A stretch of DNA of 56,846 nt from a virus: IMG/VR virus record IMGVR_UViG_3300045988_088058, positions 1 to 56,846 of that record. One strand, written 5' to 3'. The notes below the pieces were generated by a model. It was not told the origin of the DNA, did no database searches, and was given only the letters and a program-made list of their open reading frames with translations. Below, piece by piece: positions 37,619-46,570 of the stretch. Position numbers and translations under genes: made by a program. Position 1 is the stretch's first letter. Every line of letters begins with the position of its first letter.

Positions 37619-37990
37619 ATGGAAAATAAATGGAAAGTTATCCATTTTCAAAACTCATGTATTAAACAAGTAGACGATAAGAAACGAAGGCTCCTTTTTG
37701 AGGTGCCCGGAACTCCTTATCGTCTAAGAGTTTGGGTGAAAATGAGCTTAGTTAAAATTGAAACACGCGCAGGAAATGGCTTCTATAAGGAACTGGTATA
37801 TCAGGACGATTTTGTATTTTATGGTAAAGAGTTGATTGGTGGATATTTAATTGACGCGACCATAACTGGCAAATCTTTAGCGGAATACTGCAAGCACATG
37901 GACCGACATGTTGTTGAAACTATTAAACGACGCGAAACTGCTGAACTTAATAGATTGAAAAAACAAGACCAACAGAAATGGAGATACTAA
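37619..37990 (+). CDS. Hypothetical protein
   Basis: Open frame with operon spacing. Confidence 0.75.
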   Translation: MENKWKVIHFQNSCIKQVDDKKRRLLFEVPGTPYRLRVWVKMSLVKIETRAGNGFYKELVYQDDFVFYGKELIGGYLIDATITGKSLAEYCKHMDRHVVETIKRRETAELNRLKKQDQQKWRY

Positions 37991-38742
37991 TGGCAAAAAA
38001 TAAGAAAAGAAAAAAGGTCAACATGAAAAGGAGAATGCTCATTCCTACTAACCTTTCAACAAAAGTAAATGTCAATAGGATTGAATATCGAAAGGTTCTT
38101 GTTAAGTGGCTTCCTAATACGGACGAAATTCAAGTTTATTTCGACCTTTACCTAAATAAGAAAAGGCTTACAATGTTAGGGACAATTGACCCAGACAAAA
38201 GTTACTTCGAAGGAATTAGAATTGCTTGTAAAAAACCTGAGCCCTGGATGACCGTGAAAGAGCTTCAAATTGCGCGTGCAGACGCTCCAGGTTTTTTTGC
38301 AGTGCTAAAAGCATATTGTCATACGGTCGGGGATGTACTAGATAATGGAGCAGCACCTGATGAAATTGTTCCGGGTATTATGTATAATGAAGGTCAATTA
38401 TTTAAAGACAGTGAAATTGTCAGCCTTTTCAAATACGACGTAGAAGAGCCTTACGAGTTTCCAAAAGACGTTCCAATAACTATTGACAATTTCGAGCAAT
38501 TTATTATGTCTAGTCAACATACTCGAACCATAGTGCTTCAACATGCTAATATAGGCGAGTTTTCAAAATACTGGAAAAAATGGCAAACGGTAATTGAACT
38601 CCTTATCGGCTACGCTAAAGACAATGGATTTAAAGTCGACCAAGAAGTATGGGACTTTTCAAAAGGCTCCAAGGCTGGAAAAATTGCACGTCGAAAAGGA
38701 TATGAAGCTATTCAACATGCCTTTCAAGAAATCAATAAATAA
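37990..38742 (+). CDS. Hypothetical protein with basic N-terminus
   Basis: Start MAKNKKRKKVNMKRRM at 37990 after GGAG; track start 37978 less likely. Confidence 0.75.
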   Translation: MAKNKKRKKVNMKRRMLIPTNLSTKVNVNRIEYRKVLVKWLPNTDEIQVYFDLYLNKKRLTMLGTIDPDKSYFEGIRIACKKPEPWMTVKELQIARADAPGFFAVLKAYCHTVGDVLDNGAAPDEIVPGIMYNEGQLFKDSEIVSLFKYDVEEPYEFPKDVPITIDNFEQFIMSSQHTRTIVLQHANIGEFSKYWKKWQTVIELLIGYAKDNGFKVDQEVWDFSKGSKAGKIARRKGYEAIQHAFQEINK

Positions 38743-38770
38743 CGAAGCTTCGGATCGTTATTTTTTTTTT
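38741..38770 (+). terminator. Rho-independent terminator-like sequence
   Basis: AACGAAGCTTCGGATCGTT followed by a long T-run. Confidence 0.6.
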
Positions 38771-38812
38771 CAAAAAAAATTAAAAAAAGTTCAACTTTTT
38801 TATAAAAAGTGC

Positions 38813-38841
38813 TTGACTTTATTCACTCATTATCGTATAAT
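38813..38841 (+). promoter_or_regulatory. Class I promoter: TTGACT-N17-TATAAT
   Basis: TTGACT TTATTCACTCATTATCG TATAAT, palindrome AAAAAGTTCAACTTTTT upstream. Confidence 0.88.
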
Positions 38842-38879
38842 AAATACATAAAGTAAAACAAATAAAGGAGGAGCTGGAA

Positions 38880-39074
38880 ATGAAAACAGTTCAACAAACA
38901 ATCAAACAATTTGGAGATGAATGGTGGTACGAAATTATCGATACAAATAACGAACTGCTAAACGAAGGACGTATTGAAGACATGGGACCATATATGGACA
39001 AGATGGTTGACCAAGTTAAGTTCATCAACTTCGGAGACATTGAATGTCAAATCATTAAACTTTACCTCGCGTAG
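38880..39074 (+). CDS. Small acidic hypothetical protein
   Basis: AAAGGAGGAGCTGGAAATG start region. Confidence 0.75.
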   Translation: MKTVQQTIKQFGDEWWYEIIDTNNELLNEGRIEDMGPYMDKMVDQVKFINFGDIECQIIKLYLA

Positions 39075-39137
39075 ATAGTAGGGCGAACTTTTCGTCCTAC
39101 TATTATAGTAGGTTAGATAGATAAAGGAGTAATATCA

Positions 39138-39473
39138 ATGAAAACAATTAAAGACGAAAGACATGTATTCAAACAAGTTAAAACTATTCCAAGCGGGTAT
39201 CGTGTATGGAACATTCCTTCAATTGGCGAAGGTTGTGTTCCTTTATATCTCCCTTTAGATGAAATAACTGTAGACGCTTCAACTTTGTGCTACCTACAAC
39301 TTACTGAACAGGAGGCTAAGGTTTTGCACAGCGCCGCAAGTTACGGAATTCGTACTCTAGCGGACGTTCGTAAGGCGTTAGCAAGTAACCGAAAAGGACC
39401 TACAACGGAACGTCGCAAACGCCTTGCGCAACCAGCTTTGCCAATTTTTGAAAAGTACACAAAGGAGGGCTAA
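39138..39473 (+). CDS. Hypothetical protein
   Basis: RBS AAAGGAG and operon context. Confidence 0.75.
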   Translation: MKTIKDERHVFKQVKTIPSGYRVWNIPSIGEGCVPLYLPLDEITVDASTLCYLQLTEQEAKVLHSAASYGIRTLADVRKALASNRKGPTTERRKRLAQPALPIFEKYTKEG

Positions 39474-39474
39474 A

Positions 39475-39561
39475 ATGTTCCTCCTTCGATTTTTAGTTTC
39501 AATACTGTTAAAAGTAGTCAAATGGCTACAAGAACTCACTGACCAAAGTGGACTATATTAA
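39475..39561 (+). CDS. 28-aa hydrophobic/amphipathic peptide MFLLRFLVSILLKVVKWLQELTDQSGLY (not in track)
   Basis: ATG immediately after AAAGGAGGGCTAAA; below track length cutoff. Confidence 0.45.
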   Translation: MFLLRFLVSILLKVVKWLQELTDQSGLY

Positions 39562-39622
39562 GGAAAAGAAAAAATGAAAGTATATATCAACAACCATGAC
39601 GATCTTGATTTTCTGCAAAACT

Positions 39623-39651
39623 AAAAGGCCTATAATTTAGGTCTTTTTATT
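39623..39651 (+). terminator. Rho-independent terminator
   Basis: AAAGGCCTATAATTTAGGTCTTTTTA hairpin with T-run. Confidence 0.7.
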
Positions 39652-39683
39652 TTATAAAAAGTTGAACTTTTTATAAAAAATGC

Positions 39684-39712
39684 TTGACTTTATTCGTTTA
39701 TTATCGTATAAT
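39684..39712 (+). promoter_or_regulatory. Class I promoter: TTGACT-N17-TATAAT
   Basis: TTGACT TTATTCGTTTATTATCG TATAAT, palindrome AAAAAGTTGAACTTTTT upstream. Confidence 0.88.
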
Positions 39713-39749
39713 GTAACTATAAAGAAAAACAAATAAAGGAGCAAATAAA

Positions 39750-40097
39750 ATGATTAGATGGACAGGAAAATCAACTTCAGGAACATGGAGAAGAGAAGTA
39801 GAAGCTGAGTCAATGATTGACCTTATGGAGAAGCTAATTGACTTGGACATTATTCCAGCTTATTGGGATTTTGAGGAACGTTTATTCGGTTACTTAGCTG
39901 ACTCAAGTGAAGAGCTAGAAGAGTTCAAAACTAAATACAACGAACTAAAAGAAGAAGAATTGTTCGAGGAAGCCGACGGCTTGTTCAACGAATTCGATTG
40001 GGCTAATGTATTTCGTAACATGGATCCAAAAGATATCCAAACAAGCATTTCACTATGTGATAGCCAAGCGTACTATCAAACATTCGAAATTCTATAA
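39750..40097 (+). CDS. Highly acidic hypothetical protein
   Basis: 115 aa; hand count about 28 D/E versus 11 K/R. Confidence 0.8.
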   Translation: MIRWTGKSTSGTWRREVEAESMIDLMEKLIDLDIIPAYWDFEERLFGYLADSSEELEEFKTKYNELKEEELFEEADGLFNEFDWANVFRNMDPKDIQTSISLCDSQAYYQTFEIL

Positions 40098-40112
40098 GAG
40101 GAGGAAATTAAC

Positions 40113-40322
40113 ATGGCTAAACCACAACTACAACCGAAGAATACTCTCATTATGAGATTCCATCAGGCGGACGCAGTCCATCCCGAAAATGGCGAGAAGA
40201 TCAACATCTCGTTTGCAGGTGTTACAACTGTTATTGAATACAAAGGTCGATTAGTTACTTGGGACATTCAGGAAATGTTAAACGAAGCGATTGAGCTAAT
40301 TGAAAAGGAAGAGGAAAACTAG
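40113..40322 (+). CDS. Small hypothetical protein
   Basis: GGAGGAAAT RBS. Confidence 0.75.
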   Translation: MAKPQLQPKNTLIMRFHQADAVHPENGEKINISFAGVTTVIEYKGRLVTWDIQEMLNEAIELIEKEEEN

Positions 40323-40332
40323 GAGATTATCA

Positions 40333-40536
40333 ATGGAAGATAGATACAACATTGAACCGGCGGACATACTGAACTATATTGGTATCACTAATACAAAGGA
40401 TCCAGACTTTTATGATTGCTTATTAGCTCGTCTAGTAAGCTCCTACACTAAAAAGGAACTTGCGTATAAAGGATTATCCTTCGGCGACTTCCTTGCGGAA
40501 CTTCAAAGTCAATCACTTGCTTATCTAGGAAATTAA
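40333..40536 (+). CDS. Small hypothetical protein (track start 40300)
   Basis: ATG at 40333 after AGGAG. Confidence 0.7.
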   Translation: MEDRYNIEPADILNYIGITNTKDPDFYDCLLARLVSSYTKKELAYKGLSFGDFLAELQSQSLAYLGN

Positions 40537-40567
40537 AAAAGACCTATTCATTTAGGTCTTTTATTTT
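40530..40567. terminator. Bidirectional terminator between convergent operons
   Basis: AAAGACCTA-TTCATT-TAGGTCTTT with A-run left and T-rich sequence right. Confidence 0.8.
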
Positions 40568-40824
40568 TGCGATTGTAGTTTAGTGAGGTAGTTAGCTAAA
40601 TCTAGCGCTTCCTCTTTAGCGTGTTGCAGGAAGTCATCTGCGTTGTTATCCGCTAATGTAGTTCCGTACTTGCTTACACCTACAACACTACGAGATATGA
40701 GCTCTAGTGCGGTATGTAATACAATAGGATCTAATCCTGTCACGTCTATATAATCACGTGTATCCAAGCACTTGTCCGAGGTTACTACACCTCCATCAGG
40801 TGCAATGAAATAAACTTTACTCAT
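40561..40824 (-). CDS. MazG/DUF5664-like nucleotide pyrophosphohydrolase-related protein
   Basis: VGVSKYGTTLADNNADDFLQHAKEEALDLANYLTKLQ. Confidence 0.55.
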   Translation of the reverse strand: MSKVYFIAPDGGVVTSDKCLDTRDYIDVTGLDPIVLHTALELISRSVVGVSKYGTTLADNNADDFLQHAKEEALDLANYLTKLQSQK

Positions 40825-41164
40825 TTCTATCCTCCATCATTCGTTTAAATTGTTTAATAGGCATTGCTATATATTGCTCTTCTCCGTCACCAAAGTCGAA
40901 AGCGATAGCAGAATAGTCGAGTTTTTGAGCGAACCTTTCTTGTTCATTTTTAATAAACCACTCCTTTTTCAGGCTTATTGACCTTTGAGGTTTCATAACG
41001 GTCTTACACTCTATGAGCATTGAGTCAGTTACGACGTCACCTTTGTAGTAGTCTGTCGCTCCAGAATTTGGTTGTACTTTGCCTCCCATTTGCCTAGCAA
41101 CTGCTTTCTCTTGTTTAGCACTTACTCTGCGCGTGGGAATCGGCTTATTTTCACGCTGTCTCAT
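40817..41164 (-). CDS. Holliday junction resolvase/PD-(D/E)XK-like protein
   Basis: SAKQEKAVARQMGGKVQPNSGATDYYKGDVVTDSMLIECKTV: PD-like and E-x-K motifs. Confidence 0.65.
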   Translation of the reverse strand: MRQRENKPIPTRRVSAKQEKAVARQMGGKVQPNSGATDYYKGDVVTDSMLIECKTVMKPQRSISLKKEWFIKNEQERFAQKLDYSAIAFDFGDGEEQYIAMPIKQFKRMMEDRNE

Positions 41165-41355
41165 GGCAGGTAGATAAGCAGAAAGAGATTGACGTAAAAC
41201 GCGAGAGAGCTAACGAGAGCCCCTAAAAACAGGGCGATAGGGCTTCGGTTGTCTTCTCGTTTGCCAATTACCAGATATGTCATTGCAGTAGTTAGGCAAA
41301 AAGCCGAAAGAACGAAGACACTAACTAGGATAATTTTTACTATAAAGTTCATCAA
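41161..41355 (-). CDS. Small membrane protein
   Basis: Two hydrophobic segments. Confidence 0.65.
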   Translation of the reverse strand: MMNFIVKIILVSVFVLSAFCLTTAMTYLVIGKREDNRSPIALFLGALVSSLAFYVNLFLLIYLP

Positions 41356-41716
41356 GTTTCTCCTTTATTTCAAGTCCGTGTTTAGACCGAATGATATTAT
41401 TACCGTCTAAAATCTCTTCAAGTGTTTCAACTGCCTTGTCGCGAAGTTGATGCACCCATGTATAGTGATATCCGATTTCAACTGCTGCATTAGTGATAGG
41501 AACGTCATCTAGAACGCATAACTTCAGGACGTTTCGTTGGCTTTCCGGAAAGCATTCTACAAGGTTGTCAATGTAGCCAACAAAGACTTCAAGATTGTCA
41601 AGCTCTTCGCCGTTATCCTTAACAGCAAGCAGGAAATTGATTCGAGCTCTTGCACGTTGATAATCTTCCCGAAGTTCGACAATTCGTTTATTTAACTGTT
41701 TTCGTTGTTCGTTCAT
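41321..41716 (-). CDS. ArpU/DUF1492-like sigma-region-4-type HTH regulator
   Basis: FPESQRNVLKLCVLDDVPITNAAVEIGYHYTWVHQLRDKAVETL. Confidence 0.6.
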   Translation of the reverse strand: MNEQRKQLNKRIVELREDYQRARARINFLLAVKDNGEELDNLEVFVGYIDNLVECFPESQRNVLKLCVLDDVPITNAAVEIGYHYTWVHQLRDKAVETLEEILDGNNIIRSKHGLEIKEKLDELYSKNYPS

Positions 41717-41997
41717 GCTATAGGCTCCTCGTATTTAATAGTCTCGCACGTTGCGTTGACATATACAATATTATCTAAGCGCAATAAGATGTCAGTAGCA
41801 ATAACGTCACCATTGATGTCTGAGTTGTAAGGTGTTAGCCTTAGACATTTTTGATTATAAAATTCAGGGTCATCAATGTAACCCTGAATATCTTCGACTG
41901 CGTCGTCGTAATCGTCAATGGTGTCGAATAAAGCTGCTACTTCTAAATGGGCGCCGTTACTATAAATGACTTGAAATAGCGTCTTTATTCGTTCCAT
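41713..41997 (-). CDS. Hypothetical protein
   Basis: Operon spacing. Confidence 0.75.
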   Translation of the reverse strand: MERIKTLFQVIYSNGAHLEVAALFDTIDDYDDAVEDIQGYIDDPEFYNQKCLRLTPYNSDINGDVIATDILLRLDNIVYVNATCETIKYEEPIA

Positions 41998-42374
41998 TAT
42001 AATACTCCTACATCCATCAGCTGCTCTGCAAGTTTACTTACTTTTTCGTCAGTTTCAATGAGACCTAAAATGACATCTTTTAAATCTTCAGCCTTTTCCT
42101 TTTTGCAAGCCTCTTCAACGGCTTCACGAAATGCTTCAAATCGAGCGTTTACGATACATAGTTTCTTGCTCAAATCCTCTGCGTGAGAAACGGGAAGAGC
42201 CATAACTGAAGCGACTAAAAGACTGTCACGGTCTTTCTTTTCTACTGCTCGATTGCTAATAGCTGCTGCCGTGTCGCGAATTTCCTTGTAAGTAAACGAA
42301 GCGTCGACATATCCACTTTCATCTGCATTATAGATTCTAGTATTGAATTTTTCGTTTTGACAATTTTCGCACAT
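41997..42374 (-). CDS. Hypothetical protein
   Basis: Operon spacing. Confidence 0.75.
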   Translation of the reverse strand: MCENCQNEKFNTRIYNADESGYVDASFTYKEIRDTAAAISNRAVEKKDRDSLLVASVMALPVSHAEDLSKKLCIVNARFEAFREAVEEACKKEKAEDLKDVILGLIETDEKVSKLAEQLMDVGVL

Positions 42375-42392
42375 TTTATTTTGACCTTTCTT

Positions 42393-43628
42393 TTAAGGGC
42401 GAGGGCGACGAGAAGGCGCTGGAGTTTTTCGAGTAGGTTTTGCAACTGCTTTAGGTTTCTGCGTCCGTTTGATGTACTCAGCTTCAGTAATTGGTTCCCA
42501 AGTTTCTTCATCATATTCTTCAGGCAAGCGTTCGCCTTTTGCTAGCTTGTAAACCTTTCCTTCAAGTTCGTAGAAGAAGTCTTCTTCTAATACAGGACAC
42601 ATTGCATCCATGTATTCTTCTTCGTCTACAAGAATGTCGCTGTCGTCGTCAGGCTCGTTTTCTTCCTTCTTGTAGTAAACATCTGCGACTTGACTATAGA
42701 AGTAGTAGACGACACGAACATGTCCAGCAGGTGCTACCACGTTGTCATCGACTTCTTCTACTTTAGGTTCTGGTTCAGGTTCTTCTGCCTTTTCAGCTTT
42801 TTTAGGCATACGAATTTTAGAAGATTTCTTAGGCTGCTCTTCTACCACTTCTTCGTTTGGAGCGGATTTTCGACGTCGAGTGATTCCAGCCTTAGGTTCT
42901 TCATTAGCTTCCTCAACTACCTCTTCCTTAGGCGCAGGCTTCTTACGTGAAGTCTTTTTAGGCTTTTCTTCAACAAATTCTTCATGCCCAACTTCAGGAT
43001 CAGCTTCAGGATCAGTTTCAGTTTGAGCGTATTCGAAATTCTCATTTTCGATGACGTAAGTGGCTGCCATGTCTGCGCGATGAATCAGGAAAGCAAGTGG
43101 ATTAGTCTCAAAGGCTGCTCCGCATCCATTCAAATTTGCATAAGGACTAATATCATAGGCTCCCATATGCCAGAAAATTGCTTGCGCTTCCATTGTAGTA
43201 AGGTGAATGAATCGTTGAAGAAGGAAATTAGATTTCGCTCCGTGCCCCATTGTAAGTTGTTCAGGATCGTATTCATATGCTAAATAGCTTTCCCACTGAC
43301 CGTCAGCGTCCTTACGCCATTTTTCAGTTTCGCGATATTGACCTACTTTGCAAAGGTCGTGGAATAGTGCTACAATTGCAACTGACTCCATCGGATATAG
43401 ATCTTCCCAGCCCTTTCCTACTACGGTATCAAGTTCGAAAAGCATTTGATTGAACACATTTAATGAATGCTCAACAAGTCCGCCTTCGTAGCTTCCGTGG
43501 TATCGAGTGCTTGCAGGGCTCGTGAAGAAGTTAGTTTCATTTTCGAGCCACTCCATAAGGTTGTCAATTCCGTCACGATCAATTGTTTCTGTTACTGCTT
43601 TCTTGAAGCGTTTTTTAAAGTCTGTCAT
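42393..43628 (-). CDS. HD-domain phosphohydrolase-like protein with long charged linker
   Basis: YHGSYEGGLVEHSLNVFNQM...ESVAIVALFHDLCKVGQYRE. Confidence 0.85.
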   Translation of the reverse strand: MTDFKKRFKKAVTETIDRDGIDNLMEWLENETNFFTSPASTRYHGSYEGGLVEHSLNVFNQMLFELDTVVGKGWEDLYPMESVAIVALFHDLCKVGQYRETEKWRKDADGQWESYLAYEYDPEQLTMGHGAKSNFLLQRFIHLTTMEAQAIFWHMGAYDISPYANLNGCGAAFETNPLAFLIHRADMAATYVIENENFEYAQTETDPEADPEVGHEEFVEEKPKKTSRKKPAPKEEVVEEANEEPKAGITRRRKSAPNEEVVEEQPKKSSKIRMPKKAEKAEEPEPEPKVEEVDDNVVAPAGHVRVVYYFYSQVADVYYKKEENEPDDDSDILVDEEEYMDAMCPVLEEDFFYELEGKVYKLAKGERLPEEYDEETWEPITEAEYIKRTQKPKAVAKPTRKTPAPSRRPRP

Positions 43629-43768
43629 AGTAGACTCCTTTCATTTTCTATAATATAACTGATTGAAGTATCTGTTCCGTACTTCTTTTTTAAATACTCG
43701 AGAAATTCAATATTCCCGACCATAACTACTCTTACCTTTTGCGGGCTATTTACCGCAACTTTTGTCAT
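43625..43768 (-). CDS. 47-aa protein MTKVAVNSPQKVRVVMVGNIEFLEYLKKKYGTDTSISYIIENERSLL (not in track)
   Basis: AAAGGAGGACAGCCTATG start; ATGA overlap with the HD-domain gene. Confidence 0.7.
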   Translation of the reverse strand: MTKVAVNSPQKVRVVMVGNIEFLEYLKKKYGTDTSISYIIENERSLL

Positions 43769-43794
43769 AGGCTGTCCTCCTTTGCTTATACTGT

Positions 43795-43824
43795 ACTATA
43801 CACAGATTTCAGCCTATTTGTTAA
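43795..43824 (-). promoter_or_regulatory. Class II promoter: TTAACA-N18-TATAGT
   Basis: Minus TTAACA AATAGGCTGAAATCTGTG TATAGT. Confidence 0.55.
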
Positions 43825-44714
43825 GTAAGTGAAAAAATTTTATACAAAGAAATGTAGACAGCTGAACTCTCTGTGTACCGACCATTCTTAATTCCTTCAA
43901 TTGCTTGGCCTAATATGCTCATGCCTTCGAAAGCCGAGTCTAATTTGTATTGAAAGTTATATACAATCTTATTGATTAAGAACTGCTTAATTCCCAAATT
44001 AGATTCTTTAGGCTCGTCTGCTCCTAATACAAGACAGGCGTTATTGAAGTTTTGATAAAGCAAGGTAAGCAACCCAATAGGACTTTCACCTTTTGCCAAA
44101 AGTTCAGTGACTTTTATAATTGCCTGCTCCGGCCTATATTCAAGTACATCATCGACTAGGCTGAAAATATCAATTTCTGTCTTGTGCTTGACAATAGATT
44201 CAACTACTGATGCGTCGACATTTTTCAATCGCGACAGCTTGTCAAGTTCATTGTCAATTCTAGAATAGTCATTTAGACAGAACTGAATAACCATGTCAAT
44301 CATGTTCCTGTCAACAGTCGAGTATTTAGACACAAAGTGCCTTTTCAACTGCGCGTCAGTCATTTTCTCAAACTCAACACAATTATCAGGAAAGGCTTTT
44401 AGCAACTTGCTTCGCTTGTCAATTTTAGTTACCATCAAAACAAGTGTCCCATATCGAACATCTGGAAGTCGTTTCCATCTCGCCTCATTAGCAAGGAACT
44501 CCTTGTCATCCCTAACAGCAAATATTCTATGATTTGAGACAAGGCCTTTTTGAGTAAGAGTCTTCCATACAGTAGACACCAACTGCTCTCGAACTACGTT
44601 GCCCATTTGATTGAGATATACGTTCATAAGGCCAATTTCTTCGCCATAAAGAATATAAAATGGCTTCAAATTATTAGTTCGAATGTCTTTTTGAAAAGAT
44701 ACTAAATCACTCAA
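43821..44714 (-). CDS. DNA polymerase III delta subunit-like clamp loader protein
   Basis: LKPFYILYGEEIGLMNVYLNQM; YSRIDNELDKLSRL; HolA-like organisation. Confidence 0.8.
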   Translation of the reverse strand: MSDLVSFQKDIRTNNLKPFYILYGEEIGLMNVYLNQMGNVVREQLVSTVWKTLTQKGLVSNHRIFAVRDDKEFLANEARWKRLPDVRYGTLVLMVTKIDKRSKLLKAFPDNCVEFEKMTDAQLKRHFVSKYSTVDRNMIDMVIQFCLNDYSRIDNELDKLSRLKNVDASVVESIVKHKTEIDIFSLVDDVLEYRPEQAIIKVTELLAKGESPIGLLTLLYQNFNNACLVLGADEPKESNLGIKQFLINKIVYNFQYKLDSAFEGMSILGQAIEGIKNGRYTESSAVYISLYKIFSLT

Positions 44715-45543
44715 CTTTAATCCTCCTGATAAATTCGTTTACGCAGACACGCGCATTTGAACCTTTTTTAGAAACCTTTCGAAGGCACCTGGAAGCCTCT
44801 CTTACTAAAAGGTCGTGAGCTTGTATTTCATCAAAAGTCATTTCTTTGTAGTTCTTTCGAATAACAATTGTCGACCAATTTAGCAGACAATTGAGAAAGA
44901 GTTTTGGTTCAATTTTCCCTTCGTCAGCTTCTTTGAACTTGAGCCAATTAGTGACCTTCAACGAATTGCTGGCACTTGCCTCCCAGATTAAATCATAAAA
45001 TGTCGTCACCTTTTCGAAAATTTCTTCCGCTCCATACACCAGTATGTCTTCTAGCATTTGAAGGTTACTAGCAAGATTGCAATAATCAACAATTGCACGA
45101 CCGTCAAGTCCTGAAGTATCTATCTTCTTATAAGACTTGACAAACAGAATCTTTTCTTCGCTAGTATAGGGCAACATTGTTAGAACCTTTGCTCGACTTG
45201 CAAGCGTAGGCAAGGCATTGTTAATGCTATCAACTGTCATAGCTATATGACAATTTAAAGGCGGTTCTTCAGCTATTTTCAAAAGCGAATTTAATGCAGA
45301 CATTGAAAGGTTATTTCCATCTATCACATAAATTCGTGACTTAAAAATAGACCGAGCGTCTTCAATAATATTTCGAATATCATCTACGCTAGTTCCTACG
45401 ACAATGGAGTCTGCGTCAAATTTAGACGAAATATATCGAACCAGTGTTTTTCGACCCGAGCCTACCTCGCCTTCGACGATTATAAATTTTGGGAGCTGTT
45501 CCCATTTAGAGATAGTAGATTTAACAATCTCTTGTCCAATCAT
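44707..45543 (-). CDS. Clamp loader delta'-like AAA+ protein
   Basis: FIIVEGEVGSGRKTLVRYI; SALNSLLKIAEEPPLNCHIAM. Confidence 0.8.
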   Translation of the reverse strand: MIGQEIVKSTISKWEQLPKFIIVEGEVGSGRKTLVRYISSKFDADSIVVGTSVDDIRNIIEDARSIFKSRIYVIDGNNLSMSALNSLLKIAEEPPLNCHIAMTVDSINNALPTLASRAKVLTMLPYTSEEKILFVKSYKKIDTSGLDGRAIVDYCNLASNLQMLEDILVYGAEEIFEKVTTFYDLIWEASASNSLKVTNWLKFKEADEGKIEPKLFLNCLLNWSTIVIRKNYKEMTFDEIQAHDLLVREASRCLRKVSKKGSNARVCVNEFIRRIKVE

Positions 45544-45544
45544 A

Positions 45545-46570
45545 TCACTCCTCCTTACTCATTAAAAGAAGCTTCGTTTCAATTATTGGCTTAGCATTAG
45601 GTTCCCACTTAACAACTCCAGCAAGTTCATTCATTTCTTCAAGCATCCACAATATCGTAGCATATTGAAAGGCTTCACAGAAATATTCTAACTTGCTTTC
45701 AAAATGAGCAGGAAGCTGAGTGATGGAAATATCGCGAACTAGCCAATACTTGCAAACTTCTAAAAGGAAATCCGTGAAGTTTCGAGTAACTAATTTCAGG
45801 TCTTTTCCTGAATAGTGGAAGTCGTTTACAATTTCCAAGCATTTAGATCCGTCATAGTTGGCAATGGCTTCAACAAGTGAAGCGAATGTTTCATAGTCAG
45901 GAACTCCTAGTGCATTAGAAACGGCTTCCATATCTACGTGATGGCTATAATCTAGAACTTTTTCTAGCCTAGTTATGCTGTCACGCATTCCGCCATTTGC
46001 AAGTTTACCAATAAACGAAAGAGCGTCACGCTCATAACTATAATTAGCGCCTTCTTCGTTCTCGCTTTCGATAATAAATTCAAGCTGATTGACGATGTCA
46101 TCATTATCAATTCGAGTGAAGTCAAATCGCTGAACACGACTGAGAATAGTGTCAGGAATTTTTTGTGGGTCAGTAGTACATAGAATGAACACGGTTCCAG
46201 ACGAAGGTTCTTCTAGTGTTTTCAAAAGGGCATTGAATGCTCCAGTTGAAAGCATATGAACCTCGTCGATGATATAAACCTTGAACTCACTATCCATAGC
46301 CTTATATCTAGAATCTTCAATAATGTTTCGAACATTTTCTACTCCGTTATTAGAAGCGGCATCAATTTCAATAGGAGAACCGAGTCCTTTATTCACGTCC
46401 TTTGCAAAAATTCGAGCCGTAGTAGTTTTCCCAGTTCCAGCTCCTCCACAAAATAGATATCCGTGTTTAATTGCACCATTTTGCAACTGATTTAAAAGAA
46501 TTTCTTTGACATATTCTTGTGCTACAACCTCCTCGAATGTTTGAGGACGGTATTTAGAAGCTAAATTCAT
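45545..46570 (-). CDS. DnaX-like clamp loader subunit (short, gamma-like)
   Basis: MNLASKYRPQTFEEVVAQEYVKEILLNQL; GYLFCGGAGTGKTTTARIFAKD; VYIIDEVHMLSTGAFNALLKTLEEPS. Confidence 0.93.
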   Translation of the reverse strand: MNLASKYRPQTFEEVVAQEYVKEILLNQLQNGAIKHGYLFCGGAGTGKTTTARIFAKDVNKGLGSPIEIDAASNNGVENVRNIIEDSRYKAMDSEFKVYIIDEVHMLSTGAFNALLKTLEEPSSGTVFILCTTDPQKIPDTILSRVQRFDFTRIDNDDIVNQLEFIIESENEEGANYSYERDALSFIGKLANGGMRDSITRLEKVLDYSHHVDMEAVSNALGVPDYETFASLVEAIANYDGSKCLEIVNDFHYSGKDLKLVTRNFTDFLLEVCKYWLVRDISITQLPAHFESKLEYFCEAFQYATILWMLEEMNELAGVVKWEPNAKPIIETKLLLMSKEE

